From an uncultured bacterium (GTDB taxonomy: Bacteria > Bacteroidota > Bacteroidia > Chitinophagales > Chitinophagaceae): a DNA stretch of 64,000 nt. Each line of letters starts with the position of its first letter. Position 1 is the stretch's first letter. Of the stretch, positions 56,889 to 64,000 are shown one piece after another. The notes below the pieces were generated by a model. It had not been told where the DNA came from. It did no database searches and saw only the letters and a program-made list of their open reading frames with translations. The stretch covers positions 1 to 64,000 of the forward strand of contig CAXYYO010000011.1 of the NCBI GenBank assembly GCA_964293305.1, in the 5' to 3' direction. The translations under genes were made by a program, and so were the position numbers.

Positions 56889-58295
56889 TTACTTTGTCAT
56901 ATCTAACATTGTCCAACCTTTCCACCAATCAGCATTATCAGTTCCACATGCACCTCTGTAAGCAACTGGTGTAAGTGTAGATAATTTTGAACTGGTAAAT
57001 GAAGCACCCGAAAGAAGAGGACTTCCTACCTTTGGAGTAAAGTCAGGATTGGTATAATTAAAAGCATTGGTTAATGCTACTTCATCATTCGTTGTGTAAA
57101 TTGTATTACTGTTTGAAACATCAGTAAACCAGTTTGTAAAATCTTGTGTAGTCCATCCAGTGGGCGATGAGGAACTAGCAGCATAACTTAATGGCGTATT
57201 GCTTCCTGCTATCACATTATTTTGTAGTAGCATAGAACCAGTGCCAATATTCAAATCAGTAGGTGTGCCCTTACTACCATCTAACAAGATACCGGTTGGA
57301 TATCCCATAAATACTGAATTGAAAATAGAAATGCTTGTATTACGACGTAAATGTGCGCCAGAGCCGTAGTTTGAACTACCCACATTTGTCAAAGATTGGC
57401 GTGGTCCTATAATGGTGATATTACTATATACCGCAGTGGTAAGCGGCGTTATTGTACTACCATTAGCATCATTATCACTCTCAAAACCATTACTTTTTGA
57501 AATATCTGCTACAGCACTATCTCTTAATACGATAACCCATTGTACAGTTCCACTGTAACCATTGTCAGTATCTAAATCATCATCTAATGTACTTGCAATC
57601 ACCAAATGTCTTAAATCTACCGAACCTCCAAAGCATTCAACACCATCATCATTTGCTTTGAATATTTCTACATAATCAATACTGGTTCCTTTACCTACAC
57701 CAGCCAATGTAAGGCTATTGATTTCATTATCTGGCAAATAGGCGTATCCAGCATATTCAATCCTTACATAACGTTGTATTCCACTGTTGTCGTTATTGTC
57801 TACACCGCCATACACACCAAGTTGTTCGGCATTATTAATGCCACCTTCAATAGAACCAATACCCTGTGTGCCATTAAAAGATGCGTTGGTAGTGGCATTA
57901 CCCAATATTATAATACCACCCCAGTCACCACGGCTAGGTAAGGATTCATCACTTGTAAAAATGATGGGCTTATCTTTTGTGCCGTCTGCAATGATTTTTG
58001 CACCTCTAGTAATCACCAATGTACCTCTGGAAGTAACACCTTTTTCTCCATGAATTTCTGTACCTGGCTCTATCGTTAATGTAGCTCCATTGATTACATA
58101 CACAATGCCACGTATTTGGTAGATATTTCCTGCTTTCAAAGTACGATCAGCAGAAATTTTTCCTTCTAATACTAATTGCTCTTCAATTTCATTGCCACCT
58201 CCGTTATCTGGAGTGCCATCTACTTCAATTTTTCTGCAACTCCACTGCATCGTGATAATGCTAAGAATCAAAGAATAAATAATTGTTTTTTTCAT
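56889..58295 (-). CDS. lipoprotein with parallel β-helix-like repeats, encoded immediately downstream of the TonB-dependent receptor
   Basis: The 468-aa ORF has a lipobox (ITMQWSCRK) and repetitive short β-strand segments (NITIIG, NNVIAG, Gly/Asn/Thr/Asp-rich). Confidence 0.5.
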   Translation of the reverse strand: MKKTIIYSLILSIITMQWSCRKIEVDGTPDNGGGNEIEEQLVLEGKISADRTLKAGNIYQIRGIVYVINGATLTIEPGTEIHGEKGVTSRGTLVITRGAKIIADGTKDKPIIFTSDESLPSRGDWGGIIILGNATTNASFNGTQGIGSIEGGINNAEQLGVYGGVDNNDNSGIQRYVRIEYAGYAYLPDNEINSLTLAGVGKGTSIDYVEIFKANDDGVECFGGSVDLRHLVIASTLDDDLDTDNGYSGTVQWVIVLRDSAVADISKSNGFESDNDANGSTITPLTTAVYSNITIIGPRQSLTNVGSSNYGSGAHLRRNTSISIFNSVFMGYPTGILLDGSKGTPTDLNIGTGSMLLQNNVIAGSNTPLSYAASSSSPTGWTTQDFTNWFTDVSNSNTIYTTNDEVALTNAFNYTNPDFTPKVGSPLLSGASFTSSKLSTLTPVAYRGACGTDNADWWKGWTMLDMTK

Positions 58296-58327
58296 TTTTC
58301 TAGTCTATAATTTTATTTTATATATTT

Positions 58328-61138
58328 CTATTTGATAGTATAAGCAAAACTGATGGAAACATTAGTGCCATATACTCTGCGTAATGCCAAGGCATCAAGA
58401 TCTGGAGAATAAGTTTTGGTGTTATCTAAGTCATGATAAAAGTTTGCGGGTCTGTTGAAAATATCAGAGATATTCAATTTTATTTCACCATTTCCCTGCA
58501 TTAATTTCTTCGAAACTTGTAAGTCTAATAAAGGACGTGGTGCTTCCCAAATAGGAGGAAGCTGTTCATTACCCACGTACAATATTCTTCTTCCTACTAC
58601 ATTAAATAATGCTGTGGTATATAATCCGAGTTCTTCTACATCATATTGCAAACCTGCGTTTATCAAGTAAGGACTTTGACCCTGCATTGGTCTATTCAAT
58701 GTTTGTTCATCAAACTTTACTCTGTTATACATATATGATACGTTACCTTGTACTGTAAATCGTTTAAATGATGGCCACATATCTAATTTTTTTCTAAATT
58801 CTAACTCTGCACCATAAGTAGTAGCAGACGCTGCATTTAAGAAATTAAATGTACTGCTGCTACCTGCTCCACTTTGATTAAAGGCAACTTCGATTGGGTT
58901 TTGAAAATATTTATAAAAAAGACCTACAGTAATCATTTCACCTGCACGTGGGTACCATTCATACCTCAAATCGACATTTGTAATTCTTGTACGCTTGATG
59001 GATGGATTTCCTATGATGGTGGCACCTACTTCAAAATCGTAGAATGCAAGGTTCGTAAGCTCTCTAAACTCCGGACGAACAACGGTTTGAGATAAGGCCA
59101 ATCTCAAATTGGTTTGCTGATTCAATTTTGCAGTAGCATTTATGGCGGGTAAAAAATCACCTACTTTGCTATATGAGTATCGAGGGTCAGATGACTGAGT
59201 GCTGCCTACCAACTGGTCATAATTTTCGTAACGGAGGCCCCATACTATACGCAGCCAATCAGTAAAATTGTTGTCCAATTGAATATATCCAGCATTCATG
59301 ATTGTATTTGCTAAATATCTGAAGTTGATGTCTGTATTCAAATCAAAATGAAACTGATTGGCATCTGTTCCAAAATTTTCTGGAGCAAAAATTTCATTTT
59401 CCGGAAGACTAAGTAATGATTTATTATCCTGTGGCAAATAAATACTGAAAGGTTTAGAATCAAACAAACGATCTTTTACCAATAGCGAATACCCTGCTTT
59501 TATGCTTTGCTTATTGTTTAGCCAATTGAAATTCTTTACAATGTCAGCACCTGCACTATAGTTGTATTCATTTAAGAATGAATAAAATACATTTCCTGAT
59601 TTTTGTGATAAGGCTGGGCCTAGAAATGCATAATAAGGACTTCCCGCTGCGGTTATATCTTGATTGTATTGTAAGCGTTGTTGTCTAGGAATATATTGGT
59701 CTAATATGGTAAAACTACCATACCAATTTAGCTGAAATTTTAAGTTTGGAATATTATGCTCCCCTTTTAATTGAGTATTAAAAAAAGTATTTGACTTAAA
59801 ACCTGTTTCCGTTGCTTTAATATTTTCACCATTGATAGGATCTCTTTCAAAATCTTTACCTGTACGCAATATGGTATAATCTGTAGCATTTACGTTTATC
59901 AAATTTTTAAAACTAATCTTATTATAATTATTGAGTTTTAAAGAAAAATTAGCCAATGCTCCTGCTAATACATCTGTTGCATATTTGTTATTAAAATAAT
60001 CAAAACTAGCATCAGGTTTACCGTCGTTGATATTAAAAAATCTGTTCTCAAATTCGAGATTTTTCACACTTCTATTGTAAGTGATGGCAGCTATGCCACC
60101 TAAATCTTTGCCAAAAAGACGGGTACTGAACCCACCACTCATTTGTAAATTTTGGCCAAGGGCAGACGCTGCATTATTTTTTGATTGTGTATTCCAGCTA
60201 TTACCCACAATACCTACACCCAAATTATTTTTATCTTGCTGTGATAGGTTTGCAAACGCTGTCTTAGTAGGAAAATCTGGGGATAGACCACGAAGGCCGT
60301 TATCATATCCTAAAAAATCTGTGGATGCACCTGGGTAGGTATAAAAATCTTTACCCAAAGTGTTGGTATTAATACTTGTGCCCAAAAGAATGGTGAAAAA
60401 ATTACGTGTAGGCACATCTTTAGTATTTATCTGTACCAACCCACCTGCCCATTCTGCTGAGTATTCCGGTATAAAAGTTTTATTTACTATAATATTATCA
60501 ACCATGGTGGCTGGAAAAATATCATAGGAAAATGTTTTGCGATCCGGCTCGGTGCTACTTAATAATATACCATTTAGCATTGCTTGATTATAACGGTCTC
60601 CTAAGCCACGAATTACAAGATAACGGCCTTCCTGTATGGACAAACCGGTTACTCTTTTTAAGGCATCGGCAGTACTTTTATCTGGTGATCTCTTAATAGA
60701 TTCTGCACTGATAACCTGCGCAACGGCATTGGTGTTTTTCTGGAAAGTTATCAATGCATTTGTGGTCTCTTTTTTTGCTGAAGATGATTTTACAGTTACA
60801 TCGGTTAAATTATTTCCTGCTTGTACAAGTACAATGTCCAATGTTTGTTCTTCGGTAGTCTTAATCTCTATTCCACTTATTTTCTTAGTGGCAAAACCTA
60901 CATAACTTACTTCAAGTTCATAATTTGTACCTACAGGCAATTTTAGCGTATAGCGTCCTTCAATATCTGTAGTGGTGCCACGTTTGGTGGTTGCTTCCTT
61001 AACACTTACCCCGGCTAAAGGCTTATTATTATTGTCTAAAATTTTTCCGGTAAGAATACCGTTTGTTGATTGAGAAAAGGTAGATAAGGATATAAATAGA
61101 AAACTAAAAATACCTATCATTTGTATTAATCTTAACAT
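58328..61138 (-). CDS. TonB-dependent outer-membrane receptor with an N-terminal carboxypeptidase-regulatory-like domain (SusC-type architecture, no SusD partner)
   Basis: The 936-aa ORF has a signal peptide, a CarbopepD_reg-like region (ILTGKILDNNNKPLAGVSVKE...DIEGRYTL), a plug region and a long β-barrel. Confidence 0.8.
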   Translation of the reverse strand: MLRLIQMIGIFSFLFISLSTFSQSTNGILTGKILDNNNKPLAGVSVKEATTKRGTTTDIEGRYTLKLPVGTNYELEVSYVGFATKKISGIEIKTTEEQTLDIVLVQAGNNLTDVTVKSSSAKKETTNALITFQKNTNAVAQVISAESIKRSPDKSTADALKRVTGLSIQEGRYLVIRGLGDRYNQAMLNGILLSSTEPDRKTFSYDIFPATMVDNIIVNKTFIPEYSAEWAGGLVQINTKDVPTRNFFTILLGTSINTNTLGKDFYTYPGASTDFLGYDNGLRGLSPDFPTKTAFANLSQQDKNNLGVGIVGNSWNTQSKNNAASALGQNLQMSGGFSTRLFGKDLGGIAAITYNRSVKNLEFENRFFNINDGKPDASFDYFNNKYATDVLAGALANFSLKLNNYNKISFKNLINVNATDYTILRTGKDFERDPINGENIKATETGFKSNTFFNTQLKGEHNIPNLKFQLNWYGSFTILDQYIPRQQRLQYNQDITAAGSPYYAFLGPALSQKSGNVFYSFLNEYNYSAGADIVKNFNWLNNKQSIKAGYSLLVKDRLFDSKPFSIYLPQDNKSLLSLPENEIFAPENFGTDANQFHFDLNTDINFRYLANTIMNAGYIQLDNNFTDWLRIVWGLRYENYDQLVGSTQSSDPRYSYSKVGDFLPAINATAKLNQQTNLRLALSQTVVRPEFRELTNLAFYDFEVGATIIGNPSIKRTRITNVDLRYEWYPRAGEMITVGLFYKYFQNPIEVAFNQSGAGSSSTFNFLNAASATTYGAELEFRKKLDMWPSFKRFTVQGNVSYMYNRVKFDEQTLNRPMQGQSPYLINAGLQYDVEELGLYTTALFNVVGRRILYVGNEQLPPIWEAPRPLLDLQVSKKLMQGNGEIKLNISDIFNRPANFYHDLDNTKTYSPDLDALALRRVYGTNVSISFAYTIK

Positions 61139-61378
61139 AGCATGTTATTTGGCCGCAAAGGTCAAATTCCATTGTTATCAAATTGTTAAGCAATTGTTAC
61201 CAAAACATTATAAAACGGTTTATTCACAATGTGAAGAAATTAAAATATGTGTTATGATAAGTGCCTGAAATGCATACCAACAAAGGGGATTCTCTTTAAT
61301 GAATGCATTCAGACTTAAGCAGAAATGCATGATTTCTAATTCATCAAAAAATAAAGAAAAATTGGTTTTTTGATTAAA

Positions 61379-63319
61379 CTAAATTCTGCCAGCTACTATT
61401 TCATCTACCACCGAAGGATCTAGCAATGTGGTGATATCACCCAGATTTGTAATATCCTGTTCGGCAATCTTCCGCAATATGCGGCGCATTATTTTTCCAC
61501 TTCTTGTTTTTGGTAGCCCGGTTACAAACTGTATTTTATCAGGTTTGGCAATGGGCCCTATAATTTTTGAAACGGTATGAGCAATATCCTGTTTGCCCAA
61601 TCCTTCATTGCCATGATGCCCCGTGTAAATTACAAACGCATAAATGCCCTGACCTTTTATATCATGAGGGTATCCTACTACAGCACTTTCTACAACTCCT
61701 GCATGCATGTTTATGGCATTTTCTACCTCTGCTGTGCCAATACGATGGCCACTTACATTTAGAACATCATCCACTCGGCCTGTAATTCTGTAATTACCAT
61801 TTATATCTCTCAAGGCACCATCACCCGTAAAATATAATTGCTCATAGGTAGCAAAATAATTTTGCTTGCACCGCTCATGATTGCCATATGTGGTACGTAG
61901 TATGCCAGGCCATGGTGCTTTAATACAAAGGTTGCCCCTTGTAATACCATCATCATCTGGAATCGTTATTTCTTCCCCTTTTTCATTCACCAAAATGGGT
62001 TGTACTCCGGGCATGGGTAAACTGGCCCATGAGGGTATGCCAGGAGTAACACCTGCCATATTTGAAATCATGATACCACCAGTTTCCGTTTGCCACCAAG
62101 TATCTACTATTGGGCAATTTTTTCTTCCTATATTTTCATCATACCAATGCCATGCTTCTTCATTGATAGGTTCTCCTACGGTGCCTAATGTGGTTAGTGA
62201 ATTCAAGTTTTTATCCGTGAGTGGCTCTTTTCCAAAACACATTAAACTTCTGATGGCAGTGGGTGCTGTGTATAAAATATTTACTTTATGCTTCTGTACT
62301 ATTTCCCAAAATCTTCCTGCATCCGGCCAAGTAGGAATTCCTTCAAACATCATTGTGGTGGCACCTGCACAAAGAGGGCCATACAAGATATAACTATGCC
62401 CGGTAATCCAACCAATATCTGCTGTGCAGAAATGTACTGAACCCGGCTTATACTGAAATACGTTTACGAAAGTATAAGTAGCCCACACCATGTATCCTGC
62501 ACAGGTATGTACTACACCTTTTGGCTTACCGGTAGAGCCACTGGTATATAAAATAAATAGTGGGTCCTCGGCATCCATTGTGGCTGCTATGAGTGCACCG
62601 GCATTAGAATCTGCATTTAGCATTTCTTCTGCATGTTCCATTTCGTCTTCCCACCAAATGTCTCTCCCTTTTATCATACTAACAGGAGTACGGGTACGGG
62701 TGTACACTATTACCTTGCTCACTGTTTTATTTCCTATTAAGGCAGTGTCAATGGTGTCTTTAAGAGGAATAATTTTATTACCTCTGTAAGCTCCATCGCA
62801 TGTTATAATACAGGTAGCGGCTGCATCTTCAAGCCTATCAGCAATACTCTGTGCGCTAAAGCCGCCAAATATTACGGAATGAATAGCCCCAATACGTGCA
62901 CAGCCTAAAATGGCATAAGCCAGTTCCGGCACCATCCCCATATAAATACATACACGGTCACCTTTTTTTACCCCATTATTTAATAGCATTTGAGCTACCT
63001 GGCAAACCCTCAAGTGAAGCCTTCTATATGTTACTGTACGCACCCTTTCACTAGGATCATTCGATTCCCATATAATGGCAGGTTCATCAGCTTTATCATG
63101 TAAATGTCTGTCAATACAATTTTCTGTAATATTCAGTTTGGCATCCTTAAACCATTCTACTTTTGGATCTGTAAAATTCCAATCTAACACTTTGGACCAA
63201 GGTGCTTTCCAATGAAATGATTCAGCAACTTTAGCCCAAAATTGCTCCGGGTTTTCAATGCTATCTTGATAATCTTTTTTGTATGCCTCAAGAGATGTTA
63301 TCTGAAATGGATAGGCCAT
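61379..63319 (-). CDS. acs: acetyl-coenzyme A synthetase (acetate--CoA ligase)
   Basis: The 646-aa ORF has the Acs N-terminus YKKDYQDSIENPEQFW, the AMP-binding motif YTSGSTGKPKGV and a C-terminal PKTRSGKIMRR. Confidence 0.9.
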   Translation of the reverse strand: MAYPFQITSLEAYKKDYQDSIENPEQFWAKVAESFHWKAPWSKVLDWNFTDPKVEWFKDAKLNITENCIDRHLHDKADEPAIIWESNDPSERVRTVTYRRLHLRVCQVAQMLLNNGVKKGDRVCIYMGMVPELAYAILGCARIGAIHSVIFGGFSAQSIADRLEDAAATCIITCDGAYRGNKIIPLKDTIDTALIGNKTVSKVIVYTRTRTPVSMIKGRDIWWEDEMEHAEEMLNADSNAGALIAATMDAEDPLFILYTSGSTGKPKGVVHTCAGYMVWATYTFVNVFQYKPGSVHFCTADIGWITGHSYILYGPLCAGATTMMFEGIPTWPDAGRFWEIVQKHKVNILYTAPTAIRSLMCFGKEPLTDKNLNSLTTLGTVGEPINEEAWHWYDENIGRKNCPIVDTWWQTETGGIMISNMAGVTPGIPSWASLPMPGVQPILVNEKGEEITIPDDDGITRGNLCIKAPWPGILRTTYGNHERCKQNYFATYEQLYFTGDGALRDINGNYRITGRVDDVLNVSGHRIGTAEVENAINMHAGVVESAVVGYPHDIKGQGIYAFVIYTGHHGNEGLGKQDIAHTVSKIIGPIAKPDKIQFVTGLPKTRSGKIMRRILRKIAEQDITNLGDITTLLDPSVVDEIVAGRI

Positions 63320-63522
63320 TTTTTTTTGGGTAAATGTAAGTGGGATATGTAGATATTTTAAAAGACTTATTATTGATTTTTGCTAAACCGAATTTCTATT
63401 TCGCATTCAGTCGAAAATTGTGTGCAATTGTATCATGCAATCATGAAACTTGAATAATTGCCTTAAATCAAAATATAGTTCTATTTTTACTTTTCCTTAA
63501 TTATAAAAGCAGATTAAATAAT

Positions 63523-64000
63523 ATGAATAGAATAGTAATTTTTTTTTTGCTATGCGCAATGAATACATATTCTCAAACAATTGATCCATCCTATGTATCC
63601 TTTGATTTTCAGCCAGGTGAAAAAACTTTATTTGAGGATAAGTTTCTATATACAGCTAACGAAAAAATTACCGACCATTGGGATTTTATGGATGGTGGTG
63701 GTGCAGCATCACTAAAAATAGTAGATAGTGAGTTTGTAATGAGTTTTGATGCTTACTATACTAGGCTTAAGCCAAAAATATTTGGCAACAAAACTTTGCC
63801 AGATGATTTTACAATTGAATATGATGCCTGGTTGGATGAAGCATATGATAGTAACCCCAGTGTATATATTACTTTTGAATTGGCTGATGGTACTAGGCTA
63901 CCCATTGTTACACCAAGTCGGGATGGACTTAGAGTAATATTACCCAATAACGAAGTCATAAGTAAAGAAAATCCTGCTGAATATTATTCCTCAAAATTTT
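63523..64000 (+). CDS. secreted hypothetical protein, 5' partial (runs off the window end)
   Basis: The ATG at 63523 is followed by the signal peptide MNRIVIFFLLCAMNTYSQ, and the frame stays open to position 64000. The overlapping track ORFs 63746-63937(+) and 63756-63959(-) are in other frames and are rejected. Confidence 0.55.
   Translation, partial: MNRIVIFFLLCAMNTYSQTIDPSYVSFDFQPGEKTLFEDKFLYTANEKITDHWDFMDGGGAASLKIVDSEFVMSFDAYYTRLKPKIFGNKTLPDDFTIEYDAWLDEAYDSNPSVYITFELADGTRLPIVTPSRDGLRVILPNNEVISKENPAEYYSSKF

Noticed and set aside
63746-63959. Two short track ORFs near the window end (63746-63937 +, 63756-63959 -)
   Set aside because: Another plus-strand frame is open from an ATG at 63523 through to the window end and encodes a credible signal peptide. 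The track ORFs are out-of-frame overlaps.
1-64000. A search for CRISPR arrays, tRNA/rRNA genes, integrases/transposases and defence-system ATPases or nucleases
   Set aside because: No direct-repeat/spacer arrays, tRNA-like T-arm signatures, recombinase motifs or candidate defence genes were seen. The unusual content of this window is carbohydrate-related rather than mobile or immune.

Overview
This is a 64-kb low-GC (~36%) chromosomal segment, most likely from a Bacteroidota (Chitinophagia/Sphingobacteriia-like) genome. The phylum call rests on three things seen in the translations: T9SS C-terminal sorting domains, a SusC-type TonB receptor, and a membrane-bound regulator with propeller, Y_Y_Y and LuxR domains. 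No rRNA, tRNA, CRISPR or mobile-element genes were recognised. The window has five parts:

1. **5' end (1-1373).** A truncated ssb, a degenerate tandem ~100-bp repeat, and an orphan GldA-like ABC ATPase.
2. **Polysaccharide-decoration operon (1427-8649, minus).** Six tightly packed genes: a two-domain unknown protein, a GT4, two tandem PAPS-type sulfotransferase paralogues, a DltD/AlgJ-like protein and an MBOAT. A GT2 gene is divergent. This suggests a sulfated, O-acetylated glycan.
3. **Housekeeping block (10.6-28.5 kb).** Flotillin, a BNR-repeat giant, LolC/E, mgtE, recX, crotonase, ruvC, HIT, greA, rsmE, ogt, CsaA, OsmC, GNATs and rsgA.
4. **β-glucan (laminarin-type) locus (28.5-52.2 kb).** A propeller/Y_Y_Y/LuxR regulator sits divergent from a unidirectional cluster with no SusC/SusD. 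The cluster holds a clan-A glycoside hydrolase fused to a β-barrel-like region, two paralogous glycan-binding proteins (one lipoprotein, one T9SS cargo), GH16, GH30, two tandem GPH symporters and four GH17 domains. One GH17 is fused to the C-terminus of a symporter and two lack signal peptides. A 1141-aa signal-less protein also sits here. The cytoplasm-facing GH17 set and the transporter-GH17 fusion are the most unusual features of the window.
5. **3' end.** GNAT, an AraC regulator, a T9SS-targeted PQQ sugar dehydrogenase, a TonB receptor with a β-helix lipoprotein, acs, and a partial secreted-protein gene.

All calls come from reading the translations and sequence by eye. No database searches were run.
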